From a virus (lineage: Duplodnaviria > Caudoviricetes), in IMG/VR virus record IMGVR_UViG_3300022932_000003, positions 1 to 53,052 of that record: 53,052 nucleotides of DNA; one strand, given 5' to 3'. Positions within the stretch are counted from its first letter, which is position 1, and every line of letters begins with the position of its first letter. The notes under the pieces are model-generated. The model was not told the origin of the DNA. It saw only the letters and a list, made by a program, of their open reading frames with translations, and ran no database searches. Both the position numbers and the translations under genes were made by a program. Positions 38,070-47,383 of the stretch are shown in pieces.

Positions 38070-38735
38070 TTAGAACGAATCAACAACCGAATTAACTAAT
38101 GCTTCATCAACTTTAGTTCCTGGATTAGCTCCTGTTGGAGTTGGTCCGGAATACGGTGTTGAATTAGCGTTTGATTGCGCTATAATTGTGTACTCAGATT
38201 CTAATGCGGCTATCTGATCTTCAATAGAAGTTTCAGAATCTACATTTATTCTGTTTATCCAATTTGGGCGAACCTCTTCTTTTAAGGCTTTCAACACTTC
38301 AGATTTTCCAAACAATTCCGCAGCCGTTGCCTTTTTTGTTGCCAAAACATTTCCTGTTTTTAAAGCGGTAATTTCAGCAACAACGGTTTCGTTTTGCTTA
38401 ATAAGTGCTTTAGCCCATTCAGGCACATCACCGGCAGGTGGTGTAATTACAGGTTCAGTTGGTTTTGGTGTTAGTGGGTCAGTTGGAGCAGGTTCTGTTT
38501 TAGGTTTTTGGTTTGCCTCTAATGTTCTCATGCGATCATCTTCTTTTGCGATGTCCTCAAAAGACATAAAGTCATTTGCGTTTTCTAAAACTGAATCAAT
38601 CTCTTCATCAGTAGCCCCATCTTTTGGCTTTGGTGCAAGTTTAGCTGCCAAAGCATCTATCCTTTTTTGTGATAAGTTCGCCTTAGGAAATTTTACCTTA
38701 AGTCGTGCCTTAATCTGTTCTGTTGTAACTGCCAT
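38070..38735 (-). CDS. Capsid scaffolding protein
   Basis: Pro-rich linker, VPEWAKAL, helical, upstream of head genes. Confidence 0.7.
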   Translation of the reverse strand: MAVTTEQIKARLKVKFPKANLSQKRIDALAAKLAPKPKDGATDEEIDSVLENANDFMSFEDIAKEDDRMRTLEANQKPKTEPAPTDPLTPKPTEPVITPPAGDVPEWAKALIKQNETVVAEITALKTGNVLATKKATAAELFGKSEVLKALKEEVRPNWINRINVDSETSIEDQIAALESEYTIIAQSNANSTPYSGPTPTGANPGTKVDEALVNSVVDSF

Positions 38736-38771
38736 AAAAATAATTTTTTAGATTGTTGTTATTTATAATGA

Positions 38772-38811
38772 CAAATGTATAATTTATTTTCTTATTTAGA
38801 ACGATTCTATT
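38772..38811 (-). promoter_or_regulatory. Head/tail operon promoter (-7 TACATTTG 38772-38779) with palindromic box 38795-38811
   Basis: Consensus match. Confidence 0.7.
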
Positions 38812-38831
38812 TAAATTTCATTATAAAGCAT

Positions 38832-38860
38832 AAAAAAACCACTCATAATTGAGTGGTTTT
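38832..38860 (-). terminator. Intrinsic terminator
   Basis: AAAACCACTCA-ATTA-TGAGTGGTTTTTTT on the minus strand. Confidence 0.85.
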
Positions 38861-38918
38861 ACATGAAAACAATTTTTAATTACTGATTCCTCTCTAAATT
38901 CGCCTTTCGCTATAGTTG

Positions 38919-39150
38919 TTCGGGATGAAGGATTCGAACCTTCACGTGAAACCGATTTTTTCAACGGATACCTGAGACTTAAATTAATAAGGCTGTAATC
39001 CTCGGTTAGATTTCGTTTAATTGATAAGACTATTACTCAGGCTTCTGTAACTCAAAAAAACTTATTCACTTACTTCTATTTTTTAGCGTCTGCCACATGT
39101 TTTAGTTGTGGGATAAATCCACCTTACTACCACTATTCCGCCAATCCCGA
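38919..39150 (-). ncRNA. Expanded tRNA-Leu-like RNA (232 nt)
   Basis: Acceptor TCGGGAT/ATCCCGA; TGGCGGAAT...GGCAGACGC D-arm halves; T-arm GAAGG-TTCGAAT-CCTTC; two large insertions. Confidence 0.75.
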
Positions 39151-39168
39151 ATAACAAATATAAACATT

Positions 39169-39432
39169 TTAATCAATTCGCCAACCTTCCAAATTTAAAA
39201 ATCTTCTTTCGCTATAAATTGTTCCTCTTAAATTGCATTGAACACTTACTTTCTGACCTACTTTCAAAGAAGCTACAATTGCAACGCCTTTATCACCGCA
39301 AAACTTTATTGGAATCACGGTTCCGAATTGGCCTCCTTCATCAACCGCTATTTCCTGCGTTTTGAAACCGTTCGTTGATTGCTTTAATCCTTCGATTTCT
39401 TTTACTGTTCCTGTAATTTTAATATCTGCCAT
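39169..39432 (-). CDS. DUF3127-family OB-fold ssDNA-binding protein
   Basis: ITG.V..I, F..QE, G.KV.V..NLRG, F.NLEGWRI. Confidence 0.75.
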   Translation of the reverse strand: MADIKITGTVKEIEGLKQSTNGFKTQEIAVDEGGQFGTVIPIKFCGDKGVAIVASLKVGQKVSVQCNLRGTIYSERRFLNLEGWRID

Positions 39433-39663
39433 TGCTTTTTATTTTTTATAGTTTTTCTTTTTAACTCCTAAATACTTTTTACGAAAATTATCGTTTTCCG
39501 GATTCGGAATAAATTCTGTATAAGTATTTTTCTTTTCGGGTTTCGCTTGATCAGATTGACATTCTTTCATTCCTGATCCAAAATTTGTTCCACAATTAAC
39601 TGCTACCATGTTTATTCTTTTTTAATTTCTACTTTGGTTTTGTACTCTTTGTTTTTGGAATTG

Positions 39664-41766
39664 CTATTCCTTTTTTCTTTTGATACTTTTGGAATTAGTT
39701 TTTTCACGTGTTAATAATTTTATGATTGATAAATGAATTTCTATTTTAACATCGTTTATAGCTATTTGTAGCTTTGTCAATGCATGTTCAGTTGTTTCTA
39801 AATACCACGGACCAAATAACAATGCTTTCTGAGTTTCTGCATCATACAAGGAAATTGTTTCGTCGATTAGATATCTGACTTTTAAAATGTAATTACCTCG
39901 ATACATCTTCAAAACATTTATTATTGATTCTTTCCATGTTATTGGCGGAACATAGCGAATAAATTTTTTATCTTTTGCTTCCATGACCTTTTAATTTTAG
40001 TAGTTACTACACCGTTTTCGGGATTGAAATTTTCTTCGCCAGGAACTAACGATATTTGAATTTGATATCGAGTGCCTTTTATCTCCACTTCGCCAAATGA
40101 TTTACTTACTGACTTTGAATTTGGAATGTTATCTTTTACGATGTAATTACCAATAAGATCTACTATTTTTTGAATTGAAACGTCTTTTAGTTCTGTTGCC
40201 ATAATATTTTATTGTAATCCGTTTAAACGTGATCTCGTGAATTGAATTTGTCTTTGCAGATCTTCTTTTATCTCCAAATCAGGCATATCTACTATTAAAG
40301 CCCACATTATAGCAATCTGATTTTCTAATATTAATACCGTGTTATCCATTATCTAATTCTTCTTTGAACGGCTTCAACAACCGAATTATAATTATGCATT
40401 CTTACTGAATTTGTGATTGAAACGTAATTGTTTACAGTTATTCCATACGCGGAATTTAGATCTTTAACCTGAACAAATTTTGTTTCGCTGTCCGTTTGTG
40501 TTTGCTGTAGAACATGCATTCTATAATCACGTTCTGATGGTGTAATGATTGCTATTGTCATGATATAAAATAAATTAAAATTAATAATATTGCTGTTGTT
40601 GATTCGACGATCAAACATTTATCACCGATATTCATGATGCATTTTTTATTACGTAAATGCAAAACGCTATCCATGCCGAAAATCCAATAAAAAATAATGT
40701 GATGATGAATCTTTCGAAGTATTTGTTTCTTGCTTTCATGATAATTTTTTTTAGACTCCCAATTACTATTTATTTTAAAAATAACTGGAAATGATTTAAT
40801 AATTTTGAAAACCCATAGCATGTAAACTACAATAAAAACAACTAACAAAAACGCAAACAAATCACTTTGAATAGATAATCCTGTTTTGCAATTCGGGTTG
40901 TTTTCTCTTCCTGCTACTGAACACCAACAAGGCGAAAATTGTACGCAGTTAAATGGTGGCGGTGGAGGTGGGTTCATGATAATTGTTTTTGTGCGGTTTG
41001 GGTTAAGATAAATTCGTACTTAATAACATCTTCTACATTTATTTCGTTTTGGCTATTTATATTTATTTTTCCTCGATCAGTAAAACAAATTGAATGATTA
41101 TCTTTTTGAATCCAAACAGTAAATTCTCCTTTGTTCTCTAATGAAAAACCGTTAAAAATACATTTGTCTTTTGCTTCTTGGTATTCTAAAGCATCCTTAA
41201 AACTTTCATCCATTAGTCTATGACCTGTTGGATAAGTGTGCAATAATCCATAATTATGAGGGCATTCCAAAACAACCCAAACACCATTAACAAGTTTGCA
41301 AGGAAAAAACATCCATAGTTCTAATTTTTGACTTAAAAAATTAGCGTATGAAACTAACAAATGTAATTTTTGAATGTAGGTCAATCCTGCCATTTCCCAA
41401 ACAAGGATAATATATTCCTTTGCTGATATTAATTTTTTCATTGTTTTAGTTTATTTGTAATTCGTATTTAGGTTTTATTACTTGTTAGAATTCGAAGACA
41501 TCTAAAACAGATTCGTAATACCCAACATAGAAAATAACATCATCTTCGTCTGTATATTTTTCAAGTACTAACTCTTGAATAACGGCTTTTTTGAAATCAA
41601 TTTTGTTTTGTTCAACATCTTCGTTTTGAAATATTTCGTCAACAGTTTCTTTAATTTCAACTAATTGCTTTAAACTATCCGAAATCATTTTATAATATTC
41701 TGTTTCTCCGACTTGATCAATAATACTTTGTTTTACTTCTAATTTTAATTGTTCTAAATCTTCCAT
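39664..41766 (-). other. Cluster of small hypothetical genes (39664-39984, 39939-40202, 40349-~40561, 40558-40977, 40974-41441, 41485-41766)
   Basis: Co-directional packed ORFs in an accessory cassette. Confidence 0.6.
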
Positions 41767-41784
41767 TCCTAATAATTTACTTGG

Positions 41785-42312
41785 TTAAAATTTAAAAGTT
41801 AAACCTGCCATAACTGCATTTACAGAATCATAAGAAGCACGTATTCCAACCTGATCTGAAACCTCATAATCAATTGCAACCCCAAAAGCAATATAAATGT
41901 TTTGGCTTTCATCTTTGCCGTTAATAGTTTGATTTACATAAGCACCGCCAAACTTACCAATGATGTTTAATTCGTCGAATTTAGCGCCTATTAAAGCAAA
42001 AGCAGCGGGAACAACATCACCTTTGAATCTGTGAATTTTTCCTTTATCATTTGTATTGGCGCGTTTCTCAGATATACCCGAATCAACAATTGAAGCGGAT
42101 CCACCAAATATTAATTCGGTTTCTTCATCAGTATAAGTGGCCGATAATTCAAAAGCTTTATATCCGGCCATAACCGAAACTTTTCTATCCTGAGCGTAGG
42201 AAGATAGGAATGAAGCGAACAACAACGCAATGAAGATCGTTTTTTTACCTCCAAATAAGGCGTTTGAAATGTAGTCGTAGAATCTTTCGAATAATGATTT
42301 TTTAGTTTTCAT
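41785..42312 (-). CDS. Small outer-membrane beta-barrel protein
   Basis: Signal peptide ending SYA-Q, alternating beta-strands, C-terminal GLTFKF. Confidence 0.7.
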   Translation of the reverse strand: MKTKKSLFERFYDYISNALFGGKKTIFIALLFASFLSSYAQDRKVSVMAGYKAFELSATYTDEETELIFGGSASIVDSGISEKRANTNDKGKIHRFKGDVVPAAFALIGAKFDELNIIGKFGGAYVNQTINGKDESQNIYIAFGVAIDYEVSDQVGIRASYDSVNAVMAGLTFKF

Positions 42313-42329
42313 AATTTATTTTTTATTGA

Positions 42330-42758
42330 TTATTTTTTAAATGCATATTTCCAACACCAAACGCCTCTTTGATGATTGCTTTCGGCATCATGCCCATATA
42401 CATATTTTTTACAACTAGGGCATTGCTTTTGATCTGAACATATTGCAGAATCGCAACAAGTCGTAAACATTTGACTATTGGTTCTACTTGACAAATAAAC
42501 ATACGCTTCGGTATAAGGTTTTTGTTGTGACATAATGTTTTATTTTAATTGTTGAATCACTAATCTAACGGTTTCTTCTAAACTTTTGGTTAATTCTTCA
42601 CCATCTTTTTTGGCTTTTTTTAAATACTCATTATGAGATTTAAGACTTTCAACATATTCTTTAGTAATGTTAATTTTGCTTTGGATAGCTTTTTTGTAAA
42701 AGTAAAACCAAATAGCGTTTATTGCTATGATAATTGAGATTTGAATAATTGTTTCCAT
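42330..42758 (-). other. Two small genes: Zn-finger-like (42330-42533, CC..C..CxxC) and TM plus coiled coil (42540-42758)
   Basis: ORF track and motifs. Confidence 0.55.
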
Positions 42759-42872
42759 TATATTTTTAAGTTTAAAATTAATATTAAAAAATGGTTGCTA
42801 CTATACTTCACAACCATTTTCCCACCACCAATAAAATAATAATCAAATAAATTAATTACTAATTTTCGGTTG

Positions 42873-42950
42873 ATTGGGTTAAAGGATTCGAACCTTTGCT
42901 CTTTCACGGTTTTGGCTACCGGATGCGTCGACCTACTGCGCATAACCCAA
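42873..42950 (-). tRNA. Atypical tRNA-Trp(CCA)-like gene
   Basis: Acceptor TTGGGTT/AACCCAA; D-stem GCG/CGC; CGGT-AGCCAAA-ACCG; T-arm AAAGG-TTCGAAT-CCTTT; lacks U33. Confidence 0.55.
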
Positions 42951-42980
42951 TTTACATTATTTTTATATTCCAAACATATT

Positions 42981-43047
42981 AATTAAGAAAACGGATTCGA
43001 ACCGTTATCATATTTTCCTTATATGACGTTAACCAAACTTTTTAATT
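42981..43047 (-). ncRNA. Miniature tRNA-like element
   Basis: T-arm AACGG-TTCGAAT-CCGTT; TCATAT-AAGGAAA-ATATGA arm; tiny GTT-TGGTT-AAC D-arm; AT-rich acceptor. Confidence 0.5.
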
Positions 43048-43095
43048 ATAGTGATCTGAAATACTCAAAGAACGTTTACTGCTTTTATTCTGATA

Positions 43096-43179
43096 CAAAT
43101 ATACAACGCTTTTAGAATACAAATGTATATTTTATACAAATATTTTATTCGTTCATATCAATTTATAATGATTATAAAT
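43096..43179 (-). promoter_or_regulatory. Tandem -7 elements (43096-43103, 43120-43127), operator 43124-43138 and perfect palindrome 43161-43179
   Basis: ATTTATAAT-G-ATTATAAAT. Confidence 0.75.
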
Positions 43180-43183
43180 AACG

Positions 43184-43210
43184 AAGCCCCGAAACATATC
43201 GAGGCTTTTT
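43184..43210. terminator. Hairpin terminator after the portal gene
   Basis: AAGCCTCGA-N6-TCGGGGCTT on the minus strand; weak U-tract. Confidence 0.55.
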
Positions 43211-43226
43211 ATAAAATGTATTGTAT

Positions 43227-44675
43227 TTAAACGGTTGCAGGTGGATCAGTAGGCGGAATCTCAGTTGTGGCTTCCGGGAATTCTTCTGTTAATCTTCTAA
43301 CCTCAGCTTCAACATCAGTAACCAAATCCAACAACTTAACGCGCTCTAAACGTGAAATACTTTGTGAACTAAATCCATTTGATGCGATGGTACTATTTTC
43401 TAGAGTATCAGATGGAAGAATTGAATTAAACTTAACATCTACAACTAATTCATTAGTTTGTGCCTTAGAAGTAACATTTACCGCGCCTGTGATACCTGAT
43501 ATTAAAATATTAATAATACGCTCTACAATGGTTCTGTTTTGTCCCTCATTCATTTTTGCCTTAATCATTGGATCCAAAAACATAAGCTTTAAAGCAGTAC
43601 CTGAAATAGCGCCGATACTTTTCATTTTCTCAAATGATATGTCCGGCGTTTGAGTGATGGAAAATAAAAGCTCTCTAATAGTATCCATTTCAAGTTTAAC
43701 GGCTTCAGGCGCATTATCATTTGTTAAGAATTTTGCATCACCGTTATAAGGCTTGTTTACATCATCATCTTTGAACTTAATAGGAAAGTTGATTGTTTTG
43801 CCATCATCATTCATTTCAGGTAGGACTTTCAAATCTCCATACGTCAAAAGTATTGGATGCCCGGAATAATCGTTTGACACTCCCAATTTAGATAAAGCAA
43901 CTTCGTAACGGTCTATTAATCCTTCAACATCATACCATTCAGGGAATTCCTGCTCCATGTAAACAATTGGAATTCGATCGAACCCGTGTACTTCCGTTAA
44001 ATCCAAAGCTAGAGTTCCGGATGCATTACTAATTTTGTAAACATTGGTATCATCAAAAATCCAGGTATTATTTATGTCTTTTCCTTCAGCATTTTTTGTT
44101 ACGAATTGCCATGTAAAAGCTTTCATGTCATTGGTAGAATCGAAATAAGGTGACATTAAACCGTTTTTCCATGTCCAAACATTTGATTTAATATCAATCT
44201 TTTCGTTGGTTCCTGTCGGCTGAGTTGCTTTTGTTCCTGTTGCTTTTGGAGCAATAAAGAAATGAATAGCGCATTCGGTTTGGCTTTTTTGTGTAGTTTT
44301 TGCTTTTTGCAACTTATCATCAATACGGTTTGATTTCCACAAACGTAATAATTCATTAAACAAATCGTTTATTGTATCTGTTGAAAGCGTAACAGGTTCG
44401 CCTACTTCAAAAGCGCATGATGTGGTAACAATCTTTTTTTGATAGTTAACAGGTGATCGAATTGACTTAACAAGTCTTTGATTGTTGCCGGTGCCAATTG
44501 TTTTATCTTTTTGAACATTTCCAACCTGAGTATCACGAATAGTACGATCTAAGTTAGTATATTCTTTAACGTAATTCTCAATGATCTTTTTATCTTTTGA
44601 TTGAGAAGTAAGCGTTGTAATTGCTTTAGTTAAATCAGCTGATATGATTTCGCTAACTGTCAATTCGTTTTCCAT
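43227..44675 (-). CDS. Portal protein (SPP1 gp6-like)
   Basis: NYQKKIV..GEPV, HGFDRIPIV, TPDISFE..G.ISG.ALK; follows TerL. Confidence 0.9.
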   Translation of the reverse strand: MENELTVSEIISADLTKAITTLTSQSKDKKIIENYVKEYTNLDRTIRDTQVGNVQKDKTIGTGNNQRLVKSIRSPVNYQKKIVTTSCAFEVGEPVTLSTDTINDLFNELLRLWKSNRIDDKLQKAKTTQKSQTECAIHFFIAPKATGTKATQPTGTNEKIDIKSNVWTWKNGLMSPYFDSTNDMKAFTWQFVTKNAEGKDINNTWIFDDTNVYKISNASGTLALDLTEVHGFDRIPIVYMEQEFPEWYDVEGLIDRYEVALSKLGVSNDYSGHPILLTYGDLKVLPEMNDDGKTINFPIKFKDDDVNKPYNGDAKFLTNDNAPEAVKLEMDTIRELLFSITQTPDISFEKMKSIGAISGTALKLMFLDPMIKAKMNEGQNRTIVERIINILISGITGAVNVTSKAQTNELVVDVKFNSILPSDTLENSTIASNGFSSQSISRLERVKLLDLVTDVEAEVRRLTEEFPEATTEIPPTDPPATV

Positions 44676-44693
44676 AACTATTTATTATATTAA

Positions 44694-46136
44694 TTAATAA
44701 TTTACCCCGGCTTGTCGCGCTGATTGATTCATTTGTTCTTCAACTAAAACACTTTTAAAGCTCATATGTCTGTATCTTGATGAATCCCACATGTGATTAA
44801 ATTTATCAACAGGCTGATTTATAAATATTCCGTTGATCTCTCGCAACTTATAATTTTGCTGCTCTGTCTTTGCAAATTTAATCAAATGATTGTTTACAAT
44901 GTGAATTTTCTTTTCACGCATGGCAAGCAAATGAAACATAACAGATTTTGTTTTGCTGACTTTTGATATTTTCCAACCTTTTTTTCTAAGGTCACGGACC
45001 ATTTCAACAGTTCCGTTATTCTCAGAAGTATATTTATCTGAGCTATCGGCACTTATTGGAAGATCTTTATCAATTCCGATCGATTCCATATATTCACTAA
45101 CGGTTTCCGATGTTTCCATTGGATGATAAGAAAGTAATTCAATCCAAATATTATGATCATCTTCAGCGCATTTTGTAAGCGTACAAGGATCGGCGGTAAA
45201 ACCAAAGTCCAAACCATAAGAAAAAGCGATATCCGGGAATTCATCGATGTACTCAACGTTTTTAAATATTTGACCTTTCATTGCTCCACGCAAACCAAGG
45301 CCGTAAACTTTCCACATGTATTCATCAGCGGTTCCGTTTTTAATGTTTGTCGGATGCGGTGCCGGCTGATTCTTTTCGCTTATAACCTCAACTTTATCAG
45401 TTTTTTTATTATAACAAAAAACATCATCGCCTTTAACAATATAGCTTCCGGGTTTCCACGGTTCATACCCTAATATTTTATTCTTTTCACCGGGAGAAAT
45501 AAACGGATTGTCTTTATAAGTAGTTTTTAATGTCACTACATCGGGCCTGTCTGCAACTTTGAAAAACCAATGTTCTGTGAATGATGGGTTATAATCTGCC
45601 CACCAAAATTTTCTGCAACGCATTTCAACCTGATCAAATAAAGCATTACCGATAAACATAACCTCATTGAAGAATGCATAATCACAACCTCCCCCGTGTT
45701 TACCATCACCAAGAAACGAAATAACATTTTTACCAATCTTAAAGCTTTTTACTTCTTTTGCATTATGAAACGGATTATCTAAACCGAAATCATCCAAACG
45801 CCTTTTAAAATCATCGTAAAGCGTTGTTTTGAATTCATTGTAAGTTTCTCTGTAAATATTGATTGTACAATGCGTTTCTTTAAACAAACAAAGCCAAATG
45901 ATTATATCAACTCCGGACCATGTTTTTCCTGAACGTGATGAACCAGGTAATTCAGCAGCACGAAAACCCGCAACTAATTCACCTTTATCATTGTAAGCCT
46001 GTTCATTAATAGATTTTTGGAGTATCTTAAAGTTGGGGTTTTGTTGTGCGTTTGGATCATTAAGCGACTGCCGAAGATCAAAGTGTTTTTTGTCGGTCAG
46101 TAGTTTTTTAAGTAAAAGCAGCCTTTTTAATTCCAT
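44694..46136 (-). CDS. terL: Terminase large subunit (PBSX-like)
   Basis: GSSRSGKT, FFNE, DYNPS, TYKDNPF, VYGLG, GLDFGF..DP, NH.WD..RY. Confidence 0.93.
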   Translation of the reverse strand: MELKRLLLLKKLLTDKKHFDLRQSLNDPNAQQNPNFKILQKSINEQAYNDKGELVAGFRAAELPGSSRSGKTWSGVDIIIWLCLFKETHCTINIYRETYNEFKTTLYDDFKRRLDDFGLDNPFHNAKEVKSFKIGKNVISFLGDGKHGGGCDYAFFNEVMFIGNALFDQVEMRCRKFWWADYNPSFTEHWFFKVADRPDVVTLKTTYKDNPFISPGEKNKILGYEPWKPGSYIVKGDDVFCYNKKTDKVEVISEKNQPAPHPTNIKNGTADEYMWKVYGLGLRGAMKGQIFKNVEYIDEFPDIAFSYGLDFGFTADPCTLTKCAEDDHNIWIELLSYHPMETSETVSEYMESIGIDKDLPISADSSDKYTSENNGTVEMVRDLRKKGWKISKVSKTKSVMFHLLAMREKKIHIVNNHLIKFAKTEQQNYKLREINGIFINQPVDKFNHMWDSSRYRHMSFKSVLVEEQMNQSARQAGVNY

Positions 46137-46150
46137 ATTATTTTAAATGC

Positions 46151-46179
46151 AAAAAACGTGACTGTTAATTGTCACGTTT
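46151..46179 (-). terminator. Terminator-like hairpin just upstream of terL
   Basis: AAACGTGAC-N8-GTCACGTTTTTT on the minus strand. Confidence 0.6.
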
Positions 46180-46271
46180 AATTATTTTACGATAAAGTTC
46201 ATTAACCGATTCTTTGTTGCAACCACGCGAATGGTAAAAATCCATTACAATGGCAATTCGTTCTAATGCTG

Positions 46272-46502
46272 TCATGCTTTCATAAGTGTTATGTGACCTA
46301 ATCGAACATACTCAGCAATATTTCTTTCAACCTGATCTCGCTTTGATCGTGGCAAATCAGATTTTTTTTCCTGAATCAATTGGTATTGCTGAATGTTATA
46401 AGTAATTTCTTGTTTCAGATCTTCAGTAACTTGTTTTTCATCTACTTTTTTGCTGAACTTTTTTTGAATGAAAGCAGCAAATTGTTTGAATGGGTTTTTC
46501 AT
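46272..46502 (-). CDS. Hypothetical protein
   Basis: 76-aa ORF. Confidence 0.55.
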   Translation of the reverse strand: MKNPFKQFAAFIQKKFSKKVDEKQVTEDLKQEITYNIQQYQLIQEKKSDLPRSKRDQVERNIAEYVRLGHITLMKA

Positions 46503-46511
46503 AATGGTTAA

Positions 46512-46817
46512 TTATTTAATATGATTTACAACTCCGTTTTCGTCAGGCTTACCCCAAACACGATTTTTATTTATTTCTAATTTTTCATCCAAAGAATCAC
46601 AAATATCTTCATAAGTCATTCCTTCAGCATGAGCAGCACCAAAAAGTAAAAACAAACAATCTGCAAATTCATGTCTTTTTCCTTTAGCATTGTTTTTAAC
46701 ATCAGATTTAAGTTCTTTTAACTCCTGTTTTAAATGTGCTAATTTACTTAATGAAGTCGATTGTCCAAATGTTTCTTTTTGCCAATTTGTAATCTTAATA
46801 AATTGTTCTTTTGTCAT
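46512..46817 (-). CDS. DUF550-type MazG-like dNTP pyrophosphohydrolase
   Basis: W...TFG, HL..E..E, EFAD...L, K...N..R.W. Confidence 0.75.
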   Translation of the reverse strand: MTKEQFIKITNWQKETFGQSTSLSKLAHLKQELKELKSDVKNNAKGKRHEFADCLFLLFGAAHAEGMTYEDICDSLDEKLEINKNRVWGKPDENGVVNHIK

Positions 46818-46821
46818 AATA

Positions 46822-47010
46822 TTAATTTTTAGGGATGAATATAATTTCTACGTAATCATTATCGAAATGATTGTCTTTTAATTGAAGTTCGCAATCAACA
46901 TTATTCTTTGAAATGTTTTCAGCAAAATCCATGAAAGCAAAACCGATCAATTCCGGATCAATCGTTTCAACTCCTTCAACAAATATTTTTCCTTCTTTTA
47001 CTTCTAACAT
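46822..47010 (-). CDS. Hypothetical protein
   Basis: 62-aa acidic ORF. Confidence 0.55.
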   Translation of the reverse strand: MLEVKEGKIFVEGVETIDPELIGFAFMDFAENISKNNVDCELQLKDNHFDNDYVEIIFIPKN

Positions 47011-47012
47011 GG

Positions 47013-47369
47013 CTATCTTCTTTTAAAATTATTCTTTGGTTTTGAAAAATATTTTGATGGTTCGTTTTGTAAAGGCTGATTATTTTTAAATCTAACCTGA
47101 ATATCTTTTAGTTCATCGAATGAATTACGCGTAAAACTTGAAGCGGTAATAAGATCTGATAAAGCGTTTTGTAAATCATTAAATGAAAAAATCTGCATCG
47201 CCTGTTCTAAAACTTCTCTATCGTTTTTAATTCCTGCATTTTCAAGATTTTTAATTTCTCTTTCAATAAATATTTGATTATCATGATTTATTAGCGCTAA
47301 TTCAATAGCTGTAGTTTTACCAAAATCACGCCCCCCAATAATCATTGTTTTTATTTCTGCCATTTTCAT
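47013..47369 (-). CDS. Hypothetical protein with an isolated Walker-A-like motif
   Basis: IIGGRDFGKTT near the N-terminus. Confidence 0.55.
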   Translation of the reverse strand: MKMAEIKTMIIGGRDFGKTTAIELALINHDNQIFIEREIKNLENAGIKNDREVLEQAMQIFSFNDLQNALSDLITASSFTRNSFDELKDIQVRFKNNQPLQNEPSKYFSKPKNNFKRR

Positions 47370-47383
47370 AATATTTTTATTGG

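Noticed and set aside
38919-39150. tmRNA or group I intron-containing tRNA
   Set aside because: No tmRNA GGGG/G3-U70 acceptor or tag frame seen; the inserts are short and I could not find group I core motifs
42758-42973. 71-aa minus-strand ORF
   Set aside because: Overlaps the tRNA-like element; probably spurious
46512-46817. 2-aminoadenine (Z) genome pathway
   Set aside because: DUF550-like gene present but no PurZ, DatZ or polymerase recognised
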